Shown here in pieces: positions 38,826-50,800 of a DNA stretch of 64,000 nt. The position numbers were made by a program, and so were the translations under genes. Source of the DNA: Verrucomicrobiota bacterium (GTDB lineage Bacteria; Verrucomicrobiota; Lentisphaeria; Lentisphaerales; Lentisphaeraceae); the NCBI GenBank assembly GCA_039798785.1, contig JBDKFG010000021.1:1-64000 (forward strand), in the 5' to 3' direction. Positions within the stretch are counted from its first letter, which is position 1, and every line of letters starts with the position of its first letter. The notes under the pieces are model-generated. The model saw nothing but the letters and a program-made list of their open reading frames with translations, ran no database searches and was not told the DNA's origin.

Positions 38826-38971
38826 TTTCCCTTCCCCCCGAAATAGTTATGAGGCTTCAAATCCAAAGATACTTGCCAGCCCGAGAATTTCCCAGCCTCC
38901 TCCAGGAGGCAAGACGAAACACCGCCCCCGGGGGGAGCGGCGTCTCTTGCAGGGAAAAACCAAAACCAGAC

Positions 38972-39280
38972 TCAAGTCGACTGGCTCATCACTTCCTTGT
39001 AAGCATCAAGAAGCTTGTTGCGGACTTCCTTCATCAACTGGAAGGCGACGTCGGCCTCTTCCAGCTTGGTGACGACGTCCTGTATGTTGGTGGTCTCGCC
39101 GGTGGTCAGGCCCTTGATCGAACTGTCGGCGCTTCTCTGCGCCTTGTCGACATCTTTGATCAGACCTTCGACCAGCTTGGCGAAATCTTCGCCTTCCGCC
39201 GCCTTTTCGGCGCCGCCGAGCTTGAGCGGCGAGGGGCTGATGCCGGCGCTGCCGATGGAGATGGGATCTATGCCGTTCAT
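38972..39280 (-). CDS. fliE: Flagellar hook-basal body protein FliE
   Basis: EVRNKLLDAYKEVM C-terminus; follows flgBC. Confidence 0.95.
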   Translation of the reverse strand: MNGIDPISIGSAGISPSPLKLGGAEKAAEGEDFAKLVEGLIKDVDKAQRSADSSIKGLTTGETTNIQDVVTKLEEADVAFQLMKEVRNKLLDAYKEVMSQST

Positions 39281-39317
39281 GGGAGGATTCCTTGATAGCT
39301 CATTTTAGCACGGGAGC

Positions 39318-39758
39318 TCAGGCGTTGCCAGAGCCCATGGAAATGGTTTTTTCGGCCATCTGCTTGGAGATGCGGAAGGCGGCGAGGCCGGATTCGTAGC
39401 CGCGGCTGGCGGTCATCATGTCGACCATCTCGGTCAGCGGATTGACGTTGGGCAGAGTCACCATGCCGGTCTTCGGATCGGCATCGGGGTGACCCGGGTC
39501 GTGGAGCTGGCGCAGGGGCGACTGGTCGCGGCTGATCTGGCTGACCCGGACGCCGCCGAAGTGGCGGCTGTCGCCCTCCTCGTACTGGGCCTTGAGGACG
39601 CTCTCGAAAGCGACGACCTGGCGGCGGTAGGTGTTGCTGGCGTCCTTGTTGGTGGCGTGGGCGTTGGCGATGTTGGCCGAGCACAGGCGCAGGCGGGTCT
39701 GTTCGGCGTCGAGTCCGGAGGAGATGGTGCCGGCTCCGGGAATGAGTTCGATAGACAT
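39318..39758 (-). CDS. flgC: Flagellar basal-body rod protein FlgC
   Basis: NIANA, YRRQ, DPGHPDAD, PNVN...EMVDM. Confidence 0.96.
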   Translation of the reverse strand: MSIELIPGAGTISSGLDAEQTRLRLCSANIANAHATNKDASNTYRRQVVAFESVLKAQYEEGDSRHFGGVRVSQISRDQSPLRQLHDPGHPDADPKTGMVTLPNVNPLTEMVDMMTASRGYESGLAAFRISKQMAEKTISMGSGNA

Positions 39759-39769
39759 GTTGGGACTCC

Positions 39770-40123
39770 TCAGCGGATGGCGGATTTGAGGATGCGCTGG
39801 CGGGTGCTGTAGGCCTTGGCGAGCAGGGCGTGCAGGGTGCCGTTCTGGGTCATCTCGTTCATCTCGGAGGCGGCGTTGACGTTGTTGCCGTCAAGGCGGA
39901 CCGAACCGGACTTGTCCATGGTGACCTCGGGATTGAGCTGCCTCAGGGCATTGAGGTCGTCCTTGCGGACGGCGTCGCCGAGGGCCCCGGCGAAGTTCAG
40001 ATCGCGTCGGGTGTAGCCCGGAGTGTTGAGATTGGCGAGGTTGTTGGCGAGGAGTTCCTGGCGGCGGACGCTCAGGTGCATCATCTTGGAGATGAGCTCG
40101 CTGGTGTAGTCGGTGCCGATCAT
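39770..40123 (-). CDS. flgB: Flagellar basal-body rod protein FlgB
   Basis: NNLAN.NTPGY.RRDL.F, R.DGNNV. Confidence 0.95.
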   Translation of the reverse strand: MIGTDYTSELISKMMHLSVRRQELLANNLANLNTPGYTRRDLNFAGALGDAVRKDDLNALRQLNPEVTMDKSGSVRLDGNNVNAASEMNEMTQNGTLHALLAKAYSTRQRILKSAIR

Positions 40124-40154
40124 GGCTTGTCTCCTGGTTCTGCAGCTTCTCTAG

Positions 40155-40169
40155 GCAGTTGTCGTGCCA
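40155..40169 (-). promoter_or_regulatory. Sigma54 -24/-12 promoter for flgBC-fliE
   Basis: TGGCACGACAACTGC. Confidence 0.75.
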
Positions 40170-40263
40170 GGTCGTCTGGCGGCGGGATTCAGGCGGCCTG
40201 GGCGGCGCCCGGCGGAATTTTCTTCCGCGGCAAGGAAAAGGCTTCCGTCCTTTTTCTTCCGCT

Positions 40264-41205
40264 TCATCCGAGGAGCTGAACGACTTGCTGGGGCAACTGG
40301 TTGGCCTGGGCCAACATCGAGTTGCCGACCTGACCGAGGATCTGGTATTTCGCCAGAAGGGTGGTTTCGAAGGCCATGTCGACGTCGCGGATCTTCGATT
40401 CGGCGGCGCGCAGGTTGTCTTCGTAGCTGAGCAGGGCGCTGCGGGTCTGTTCGAGCCGGTTCTGCTGAGCCCCGTTGACGGCGCGGGCATTGGAGATGAA
40501 GTCGATGGCCTTGGCGATCTTGCCGATGACGTTCGAGCTGCGGACGCTCATCAGGTTGGGATTGGCGACCGAGCCCCAGGTGACGGCGCTGTGCTGCGAG
40601 GCGATCAGGGTGATGTTGTCGGTCGAGTAGGTGTAGGTATGGACCGAGCCGATGATCTCGGTGGTGCCCACCTGCAGGTTCTTCAAGGTGATGTCGATGG
40701 TCTGCCCGGCGTCGGCGCCGGTCTGCAGCGAGATCTTGCCGGTCGGATCGGCGTCGGCGTTGGAGATGTCGGCGACGCCGTTGCCGCCGCGGAAGAGATA
40801 AAGACCATTGAACTTGGCGGCGGAATCGCCGTGCGAGGTGATCCGGATGATCTCCTTCTGGAGCTGCAGGAACTCCGTCTGGATGTTGTCTTTATCAGTC
40901 TGCGACTTGGTGCCGTCGTTGGCTTCGATGGCGAGTTCGTCCATCCGGCCGACCATGTCATTCACTTTCTGAAGCCAGGAGTCGACGGTCTGCAGCAGCG
41001 ACAGTCCGTTATCGACGTTATTGCGGGCCATGGCGACGTTGCGGGCCTGCGAGCGCATCTTCTCGCTGATGCCGACGCCGGAGGGGTCGTCCATCGGACC
41101 TTTGACGCCCGTGGCGAGGTGGTTCATCGCCTTGTTCATGCCTCGCAAGTTGTTGGCGTAGTTGGCCCAGACGTTGAACGCAGAGGCGTTGTGGTTGACG
41201 TTCAT
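40264..41205 (-). CDS. fliC: Flagellin
   Basis: HLATG, DDPSG..ISE.MRSQ, KFNG, NGAQQNRLE, AESKIRDVDMA, MLAQANQ.PQ. Confidence 0.96.
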   Translation of the reverse strand: MNVNHNASAFNVWANYANNLRGMNKAMNHLATGVKGPMDDPSGVGISEKMRSQARNVAMARNNVDNGLSLLQTVDSWLQKVNDMVGRMDELAIEANDGTKSQTDKDNIQTEFLQLQKEIIRITSHGDSAAKFNGLYLFRGGNGVADISNADADPTGKISLQTGADAGQTIDITLKNLQVGTTEIIGSVHTYTYSTDNITLIASQHSAVTWGSVANPNLMSVRSSNVIGKIAKAIDFISNARAVNGAQQNRLEQTRSALLSYEDNLRAAESKIRDVDMAFETTLLAKYQILGQVGNSMLAQANQLPQQVVQLLG

Positions 41206-41252
41206 GATGAGTTCTCCTCAGGTTTTTCTTTCAGACTTCGATGTTTTCGGAT

Positions 41253-41744
41253 TCAGGGTTGGCGGACCAGCGCTTCCCAGACGTTGAAGCGCAGAGATTC
41301 CGGTCCGAGATCATCGAGGATGACCTGGGCGCCGCGGCGGCTGCGCATCGAGATGACCAGCGGCGAAAGCAGGTTGGCCGTGGTGCTGTACATGTCCTTG
41401 CCGACGGTGACGAGGCAGAGGATCAAGGCGTCTGAGGGGGACTCCAGTCCGATCTGGGACGCCGTCTCGGCGCTGATCCGGACCTTGTAAGAAGGGTCGA
41501 GAAGAAAGGGCTCGACGCAGATGAAGGCGACCTCGCCCTCAGGCCGGCTCTTCATGTAGAGGAAGGGACGAACCTTAGTGTCGCGGCTGTAGCTGAAGTT
41601 CTGGAATCGCTCGAAAGCGACCAGGCCTTTGTCGAAGTGGATGTCGTGGCCGATGAGCTCATCCAGGTTCTCCTGGAACTTGGCATATTGGCTATGCCGA
41701 TCGAAGCTGATGGCTGCGGCTTTTCTCTGGGATGCAGTGCTCAT
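41253..41744 (-). CDS. fliW: Flagellar assembly factor FliW
   Basis: F.KGL.AFE, F...EPF, TANL.SPLVI, G.QVIL. Confidence 0.88.
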   Translation of the reverse strand: MSTASQRKAAAISFDRHSQYAKFQENLDELIGHDIHFDKGLVAFERFQNFSYSRDTKVRPFLYMKSRPEGEVAFICVEPFLLDPSYKVRISAETASQIGLESPSDALILCLVTVGKDMYSTTANLLSPLVISMRSRRGAQVILDDLGPESLRFNVWEALVRQP

Positions 41745-41788
41745 GTGTCCTCCCGACCTTTCGTCGTGTGTTGTTGATTGGCCAAGTT

Positions 41789-41803
41789 GCAGACGCTGTG
41801 CCA
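41789..41803 (-). promoter_or_regulatory. Sigma54 -24/-12 promoter for fliW-fliC
   Basis: TGGCACAGCGTCTGC. Confidence 0.7.
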
Positions 41804-42050
41804 GCGCCCAAAACACAATCATAATTTTCATCGCAAGTAACTGATTTTGAGCTTATCTAAAAATAATATTGAAAGCCGATGAAAGCCATTCCATAAGCAC
41901 ATTGCGGAAGATTTTACCGGTTAACAACCCTTCAATCCAGCCGTCATGACGCGAGGAACCCAAGTTCAAGGATGGGAAAATCATTCCGGGGGCAGGTTCT
42001 TGCCGTCGGCGTGATATCTTGACTTGGAACTAAACGACGGGAATTTCACC

Positions 42051-42902
42051 ATGTCCGATCTGCGCGACCTGATTCTTGACCGCCTCAGCAACACCGAGCA
42101 TCTGCCGCAGCTGCCAAGCGAAGTGATCAAGCTGCTGAGTCTCTCCCAGGACGACCATGCCGGCCTGAACGAAGCGGTGAAGCTGATCAAGGGCGATCCG
42201 CCCTTTGCCCTGCGCGTCCTGCGCCTCGCCAACTCGGCCCGCTTCGGCGGAGCGATGAAGGTGACGGCTCTCGAGGTCGCAGCCAGCCGCCTCGGCATGG
42301 AGACCTTGCGGATGCTGGCTTTGACCGAGAGCCTCTCCGGCATCACCCGCAGCCATGGCGGCGGCTATTCGCCGCAACTGCTCTTCCGCCACGGGCTTCA
42401 CTCCGCTCTCGCCGCCGATCTCCTCGCTCCTCATCTCAAATCCAAGGTCCGTCGAGTCGAGCTCTTCACTGCAGGTCTTCTGCACATCAGCGGCATGTTG
42501 GTGATGGAAGCGAGCTTCCCCCGCCTGACCGCGGAACTGGTCGCAAAGCGCCTGCCGGGGGAAACCCTCTTCGAGGCGGAGATGCGACTCTGGGGCATCA
42601 GCAGCGGCGAAGCCGGGGAACACCTCTGCCTCTATTGGAATCTGCCGGTGAGCTGCGGCGGTGCCGCACGCTACCACCTCGCCCCCCCCGCCGCCCCCGC
42701 GGTCTTCTCCGCGCTCGCCTGGGGCGTCCACGCCGCCAAGGCCGCAGTGCTCGCCGCCACTCCCGACGCCCTCTTCACCCCCGGCACCTTCGCGACCGAT
42801 CCGCATCTCGCCGATCAGCTCGTCCTCGACGGCCAGGAAGTCCAGCCCTTCCTCGCCGACATCGGCACCAAGGCTGCCGCTCTCGCCGCCGATCTCATCT
42901 GA
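42051..42902 (+). CDS. HDOD domain protein
   Basis: LPQLP, DP....VLRLANS, A..RLG, AGLLH, WNLP, YH. Confidence 0.88.
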   Translation: MSDLRDLILDRLSNTEHLPQLPSEVIKLLSLSQDDHAGLNEAVKLIKGDPPFALRVLRLANSARFGGAMKVTALEVAASRLGMETLRMLALTESLSGITRSHGGGYSPQLLFRHGLHSALAADLLAPHLKSKVRRVELFTAGLLHISGMLVMEASFPRLTAELVAKRLPGETLFEAEMRLWGISSGEAGEHLCLYWNLPVSCGGAARYHLAPPAAPAVFSALAWGVHAAKAAVLAATPDALFTPGTFATDPHLADQLVLDGQEVQPFLADIGTKAAALAADLI

Positions 42903-42949
42903 ACCGGAACGCCGCCCCGCCTCAATACTCACAGCCCACGAGCCCGCCC

Positions 42950-43636
42950 ATGCAGCCCCTCCTCGTCCTCGGAGCCGGACAAGTCGGCGAAGCCCTCCTG
43001 CGCTTGCGTCCTGATGCCCTAGGCAGCTCACGCAGCGGCCGCGACGGACTTCTTCTCTTCGACCTCGCACGTCCCGAGACTTGGGATTGCCTGCCCCCGG
43101 CAAGCTCCGTGATCTGGACCTTTCCCCCCGTCCCCGAAACCCCTGCCCTCGCCTTCGGCCGCCGCATCCTCGCCTCCGGCAGCCGACTCATCGTTCTCGC
43201 AAGCACCTCCTGCCACCTCGCACCCGAACTCGGCCGTCTCGATGAGAACTGCCCTCTCGATCTGGCCCAGGAACGTGTCCGCGCCGAAGAATCCCTCCGC
43301 CGCGAAGGCGCCATCGTCCTCGCCCTCGCCGGCCTGCATGGCCCTCAACGCCGCCCCGCCGAGTGGATACGCCGCGGCCTCATCCGCAACGGCGCCAAAC
43401 TGGTCAATCTCATCCATGTCGAAGATGCCGCCGCAATCAGCCTCGCCCTCCTCGAACGAGCCTCCCCAGGCGAACGATTCGTCGCCAGCGACGGCCAAGG
43501 ACGCCCCTGGTCCGCCATCGCCGCCGAACTGGGGCTCGAAGTCCCTTCCGGCAGCCCGGAAGGCCGCCGCGTCGACCCCGCCCGACTCTTGAAGCTCATG
43601 CCCCCGGACTTCCACTTCCGGGGCATCGACCTCTGA
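42950..43636 (+). CDS. Atypical SDR/Rossmann-fold protein (YeeZ-like)
   Basis: LVLGAGQVG; VNLIHVED. Confidence 0.75.
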   Translation: MQPLLVLGAGQVGEALLRLRPDALGSSRSGRDGLLLFDLARPETWDCLPPASSVIWTFPPVPETPALAFGRRILASGSRLIVLASTSCHLAPELGRLDENCPLDLAQERVRAEESLRREGAIVLALAGLHGPQRRPAEWIRRGLIRNGAKLVNLIHVEDAAAISLALLERASPGERFVASDGQGRPWSAIAAELGLEVPSGSPEGRRVDPARLLKLMPPDFHFRGIDL

Positions 43637-43802
43637 ACCCACGCCCCGACCTGTACACCTGCTAGATTTTTCGACGTGTACCACACCGAATTGAGCTTGG
43701 ATTGAGATGCATTCAAGCTGCTTTTCAGAGACTCAGCAGTCCCTTGCCCCCTAAGCTGTGATCCTGAAATTCGGCTGAGACAGGTCGAGATTCGTTAAAA
43801 AA

Positions 43803-43857
43803 TATGTATAGACAAGGCTTGCGAAATAACAACCTCCGCCTAATTTCTGTCTAGACA
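43803..43857 (+). promoter_or_regulatory. Two HutC-type (GntR family) operator sites
   Basis: tatgtatagacaag (43803) and tgtctagaca (43848) match the TGTA-N2-TACA-like box, upstream of hutU. Confidence 0.75.
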
Positions 43858-43884
43858 ACATGGCAACCCTGGAGATATGCAACT

Positions 43885-45564
<1,680 letters not shown>

Positions 45565-45565
45565 C

Positions 45566-45635
45566 ATTCAAAATTCAAGATTCAAAATTCAAGATGAACG
45601 TGAGCTCAATTCAAGATTCAAAATTCAAAATTGAA
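45566..45635 (+). repeat. Left arm of a ~70-bp inverted repeat made of attcaa(a/g) heptamers
   Basis: Aligns without gaps to the reverse complement of 46090-46159. Confidence 0.9.
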
Positions 45636-45646
45636 GAGGGGTTGCC

Positions 45647-46093
45647 ATGAGACAGTTTGAGGATCTGCCGGTGTGGCAGGCGGCGCGGGATATGTACTTG
45701 ATCCTGAGCGCCTTCATCAAGGACAATGGAGCCGTCTTCGAGTATTCTTTTAAAGACCAGTGCCTAAGGGCGGGCTTGTCGGTGAGTAACAACATTGCCG
45801 AAGGCTATGAACGCGGCACCAACAATGAGCTGAGTCATTTCCTTTTCATGGCCAAGGGCTCCTGTGGAGAACTGCGTTCGATGATGCGCATCGCCAGTTG
45901 CAAAAAGATCAAATCCGATGAATCCCTCAAGCATGTCATCAGCGCCTGCCTCAACATCTCCGCCCAACTCCAAGGATGGATCGACTACCTGAAGCGCAGT
46001 GACCTCAAAGGGCAGAAATTCAACGAAGTGCGTGAAGAGGCCTCTGAGTATGGAAGCGCCGAGCCCCCGCCCTACCCGCGATTCGATTCTTGA
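45647..46093 (+). CDS. Four helix bundle protein (23S rRNA IVP/Avd-like family)
   Basis: FEDL.VWQ.A, DQ..RA..SV.NNIAEG.ER, FL.MAKGS.GELRS. Confidence 0.92.
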   Translation: MRQFEDLPVWQAARDMYLILSAFIKDNGAVFEYSFKDQCLRAGLSVSNNIAEGYERGTNNELSHFLFMAKGSCGELRSMMRIASCKKIKSDESLKHVISACLNISAQLQGWIDYLKRSDLKGQKFNEVREEASEYGSAEPPPYPRFDS

Positions 46094-46159
46094 ATCTTAA
46101 ATCTTCCATCTTGAATTGAGCTCCCGCTCATCTTGAATCTTGAATTTTGAATTTTGAAT
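46090..46159 (-). repeat. Right arm of the inverted repeat
   Basis: atcttgaattgagctcccgctcatcttgaatcttgaattttgaattttgaat. Confidence 0.9.
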
Positions 46160-46177
46160 TTCCGAAGGAACTCCCCC

Positions 46178-47713
46178 ATGACCATCTTCCCCGGCACCCT
46201 CACCCTTCCGCAGCTGCGCGCCCTCTGGGAGGGCAGCGTCAACTTTGAACTCGCCCCCGCCGCCTGGCCGGCGATCGAGGCCTCCGCCGCGGCGGTGCAG
46301 GCCATCGTCGCCAAGGGTGACGCCGCCTACGGCATCAACACCGGCTTCGGCAAACTCGCCTCCAGCCGCATCGCCGACGACCAGCTCGCGCTGCTCCAGG
46401 CCAACCTGATCCGCTCGCACGCCGTCGGCGTCGGCCCCTGCCTCGACGAGGCCACGGCGCGGCTAATCCTCGCCACCAAGATCGCCAGCCTCGGCCGCGG
46501 CGTTTCCGGCATCCGCCGCGAAGTGATCGAGACGATGATCGCCCACTTCAACGCCGGCATCCTGCCGCGCATCCCCGCCAAGGGTTCGGTCGGCGCCTCC
46601 GGCGACCTCGCGCCGCTGGCCCACATGACCCTGGCCCTGATGGGCGAAGGCGAGGTCAGCTACAAGGGCGAAACGATGGCCGCCGCCGTCGCCCTGAAAC
46701 AGGCCGGCATCGCCCCGATCCGCCTCGCCGCCAAGGAGGGACTGGCCCTGATCAACGGCACCCAGGTCAGCACCGCCCTCGCCCTGCGCGGCCTCTTCCT
46801 CGCCGAACGCGTCTTCGCCGCCGCCCTCGCCGCCGGGGCGCTCTCCGTCGACGCCGCCAAGGGTTCCGACGCCCCCTTCGACCCCCGCATCCACGCCGTC
46901 CGCGGCCAGCCCGGCCAGATCGCCGTCGCCGAACACTACCGCGAACTGCTCGCCGGCTCCGAGATCCGCAAGTCGCACCTCAAGGAGGACGACCGCGTCC
47001 AGGACCCCTATTCCCTCCGTTGCCAGCCGCAGGTGATGGGCGCCTGCCTCGACCTCATCCAACAGAGCGCCAGGACCCTGGTCACCGAGGCCAACGCCGT
47101 CTCCGACAACCCGCTCATCTTCCAGGCCGCCGACGGCTCCTGGGAAGTGGTTTCCGGCGGCAACTTCCACGCCGAGCCGGTGGCCTTCGCCGCCGACACC
47201 CTGGCACTTGCCATCGCCGAGATCGGCGCCCTCTCCGAGCGCCGCATCGCCCTCTTGATCGATGCCTCGATCTCCCGCCTCCCCGCCTTCCTCGTCCCCG
47301 ACGCCGGCCTCAACTCGGGCTTCATGATCGCCCACGTCACCGCCGCCGCCCTCGCTTCGGAGAACAAGTCCCTCGCCCACCCCGCCAGCGTCGACTCCCT
47401 GCCCACCTCGGCCAACCAGGAGGACCACGTCAGCATGGCGACCTTCGCCGGACGCCGCCTCGAGGACATGGCGCGGAACACCGCCACCATCGTCGGCATC
47501 GAGCTCCTCGCCGCCGCCCAGGGCATCGACTTCCACCGTCCCTTGAAGTCCTCGCAGGTGCTCGAGAAGGTCCACGCCCGTCTGCGCCAGGAAGTCGCCT
47601 TCCTCAGCTCCGACCGCTATCTCGCTCCCGATCTCGAAGCCGCCAGCCGGATGGTCTTCTCCGGCGCCTTCGACTTCGCCGCCCACCACCTCCTGCCCTC
47701 GATTGAAAGCTGA
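46178..47713 (+). CDS. hutH: Histidine ammonia-lyase
   Basis: [20 protein letters not shown] (MIO), [25 protein letters not shown]. Confidence 0.97.
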   Translation: MTIFPGTLTLPQLRALWEGSVNFELAPAAWPAIEASAAAVQAIVAKGDAAYGINTGFGKLASSRIADDQLALLQANLIRSHAVGVGPCLDEATARLILATKIASLGRGVSGIRREVIETMIAHFNAGILPRIPAKGSVGASGDLAPLAHMTLALMGEGEVSYKGETMAAAVALKQAGIAPIRLAAKEGLALINGTQVSTALALRGLFLAERVFAAALAAGALSVDAAKGSDAPFDPRIHAVRGQPGQIAVAEHYRELLAGSEIRKSHLKEDDRVQDPYSLRCQPQVMGACLDLIQQSARTLVTEANAVSDNPLIFQAADGSWEVVSGGNFHAEPVAFAADTLALAIAEIGALSERRIALLIDASISRLPAFLVPDAGLNSGFMIAHVTAAALASENKSLAHPASVDSLPTSANQEDHVSMATFAGRRLEDMARNTATIVGIELLAAAQGIDFHRPLKSSQVLEKVHARLRQEVAFLSSDRYLAPDLEAASRMVFSGAFDFAAHHLLPSIES

Positions 47714-47784
47714 AATTTGATTTTGTGATTTTTGTCGTTTATTGTCGAATTAAAGCTTGATTAAAAATCTATCCTGAATCATTT

Positions 47785-47808
47785 ATGGGCAACCCGGAGG
47801 TTGCCCAT
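47785..47808 (+). promoter_or_regulatory. Hairpin sequestering the SD and start codon of the giant protein gene
   Basis: atgggcaacc-cgga-ggttgcccat, perfect 10-bp stem. Confidence 0.65.
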
Positions 47809-50800
47809 GAGATTCCTGTTTCTGCCCGCGCTGCTCCAGCTTGCCCTCGCCGCTTCAGTGCAGGCGGAGAACGAGCAGGCCCCCTTCGACGAGGACTTCG
47901 TCCGCCACCGCGAAGCGGCTCTGAAGCGTCTCAGCCCGGGGACGGACGAGGCCTTCTTCTACCGGGTCCTGGAAGCGCAGATGCGCGGCGACCTGACCCG
48001 CTCCGCCACGCTCCTTGAGGAATGGGAGAAACGGGAGAGTTCAGATGCCCGCGTGGCGAAGATGAAGGACCGCCAGCTTCTGCTCGTCTACGCCCGCGAT
48101 CCGAAGAAAGGCCGTGCCGCCCTGCAGGAGCGTTTGGAGCTGAATTTCGACCATGAACGCCCCGAGCCGGCGACTGCCGCTGTCGCGCCTCCCGGAGGGG
48201 CGGCGAAACCCTGCGCAGCGGCCGAGCCGGCCTCCGGCAAGAGCGAGGGGCTTCCGGTCGATTTCTGGAATCGCGACAAGGCCCTTGATGCGATGAAGGA
48301 AAACTATGCGGAAAGCCTCGCCCAGAATCATCTGCCACTGCTGGCCGGCAGGAAGCTCGGCGACAAGGATCGCACCTGGCTCCTGCAGCAGCTCGCCTTC
48401 TGCCGCCGCAGCGACTTCCCCGGCCTGCTCAATCTCATCGCCGAGGACATGGCCGCCAAGCCGGAGCTGAAGCAAGAAAGGACGGATCACTTCGGCTGCC
48501 GCGCCATCGACCTGCAACTCAGCTCGGCGCAGCTCATCGAGCTCGGCCGACTGCGTCCCGAACTCCAGGATGACCGCGCCTGGGCCGCCGCCGTGGTGCG
48601 GCACCAGCTGGCGGCGGGCGGGTCGGGGGCGGAACATGTCGCGGCGGTGGAGAAGGCCCTGGCTTTCGCCCGCCCCCTGCCAGACTCCCAGAACAACCTG
48701 AAGGCCTCGCTGCTGCTCGAGCTGATCCTCTGCCGCGAACGCCGCGGCGAGACCTCGGCGGAACTTCTGGAGGAATACCTGGCCCTGCCGCGACCCGGAG
48801 TCTGGAACCTGAAGAAGGCCGAGAGGTCCGCCTGGCAGGTGAACGCGGATGAAAACGTCTGCGACCTGCCCTCGCCGTCGCGATACGAGGACGCCCTGAT
48901 CCGCCGCCAATTGCTGCAGCTCTTTGCGGCGGGCGCAAAAACAGGCGTCTCCGATCCCCGTCGCGATCCCGCCGCCCAGCGCTTTCTCAAGCACATCGAG
49001 CTGGAGCAGCTGCTGCCTCTCTACGCCGAAGCCCGCCTCGGCGGCGGCTGTCCGGACCCCGACGCGGCAGCGAAGCTGCTGGACCATGCCGCGCTCAAGA
49101 CCCTGGAGGAACGGGTGCTCCTCGAGCTCCTGCCGGACAACCCCGCCGAGATCGCCGCCCGGGCAGTGCCGGAACTTCACCTGGTGGTGCGCAACGCCCC
49201 CGAGCTGCTGATGCGCATCTACAAGCTCGACGCCGCCGCCTGCTGCCGCACCGGAGCGGATTCCCGCATCGATCTCGAAGGCCTGCAGCCGGCCTCGCAG
49301 AAGTCGGTCAAGCTCGACCCCAAGCCCATGCTCCGCCAGGAACTTCGCCTCAAGCTCGACGAGATCGAGGAGCCGGGGCTCTACGCCGTCGACCTGATCG
49401 CCGGCGACGCCAAGTCGCGCGCCTTCATCCGCAAGGGAAGCCTGGGCGGCTTCGTGCGCGATTCCGCCGCCGGGCAGACGCTCAGCGTCTTCGACGACGA
49501 GGGGCTGCCGGTGGCCGGCGCCGTCGTCGAGCTGGGCGAGGTCGAGTTCCTCACCGACGCCCAGGGGCAGGCGAGCCTCCCTTTCCTCACCGGCGCCGCC
49601 CAGACGGGCGAGGCCGAAGTGCTGATCCGCAAGGGGCCGCTCGCCACCCGCTTGAAGCTCGAGCGCCACGCCGAAAGCCCCGAGCTCAAGGGAAGTTTCG
49701 ATCTCCCCGGCACTCTCATCCCCGGTCGCGCCAATCCGCTGCTTTTCAGCGCCCGTCTCGAGGTCAACGGCGCCGCTGCCGATCTCAGCCTGCTGAAAAA
49801 CCTCAAGCTCCGGATCATCGAAGGCCCGAAAGACGGGGAGCGCAGCCGCCTCCTCGAATGCCCCGGCTTCGATGCACGCGGCCAGCTCGCCCTGCAAATC
49901 CCCCTGCCCGCCGACTTCACCACCGCCCGCGTCGAAGTGAGCGGCGAGTACAGCCTGCTCGACGGCGCCCGCAAGATCCTCAGCGCCTCCGTCACTCTCA
50001 ATCATTCCGGCGAGCGCCAGTCGATCCACGCCCTCGCCTTCCGCCGCGACGGCGAACGGGTCCTGCTCGAGATGCGGGGCGCCAATGGCGAAGCCTGCCC
50101 GGGAGAAAGGATCGAGCTGGAGTTCTCCGGCATCCCCTGGTCGCGACGGGAGCTCAGACTGCACACCGACGCCCAGGGGCTCGTCGATCTCGGCGTCCTG
50201 CCGCCCCATCTCGCCGTCCGCGCCAGCTGGGGCCGGGTGGAGGCGGGCTATCTCAGCCGTCCCGCCCAGACCTGCAGCTACCCGAACGAACGCCACCTTC
50301 TCGAGGGCGAGGACTTGCAGCTGCCCTTGCCGGAAGGCTGCGAATGGAAGCCGGCGCTCTTCCGCGTCGCCGAGGGCCTCGTCCTTGAGGATCTCAGCCC
50401 TGTCCTCAAGATCGAAGGGGCGCAGCTGAGAATTTCCGGCCTGCCTCCCGGCGACTACGAGTTCCACCCCGGGACCCTGCAGACGATGAAGCTGAAGATC
50501 CACCCGGGCCGGCGCCACGGCCAGCTGATCGCCTCTTCCCGAGGCTGCACTCGCAGCCCCGCGCCGGCCGCCCTGCCGCAGCTGATCTCCTTCCGGATCG
50601 AGGGCGAGGCCCTGGTCCTGCAGTGCCAGGGGCCCGCCCGGCCCATCCGCATCGGCGCCGGCTGGGAGTCGACGCCGCTGTCCCTGCCGGACTGGCCGCA
50701 GTCGCTGTCGACGGGCTTCCCAGCGGCGCTGTCTGAATATCGCGATGGCGGCCATGTGGACGAAGAGCAGCTCTACATCTTCGAGCGCAGCCGCCAGCCG

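Noticed and set aside
41990..42004. Possible sigma54 promoter before the HDOD gene
   Set aside because: TTGC is present but the -24 element lacks TGGCAC at the correct spacing
45566..46159. Possible CRISPR array or DGR at the repeat arms
   Set aside because: Repeats are 7-mers without spacers; no cas genes, reverse transcriptase or TR/VR pair seen
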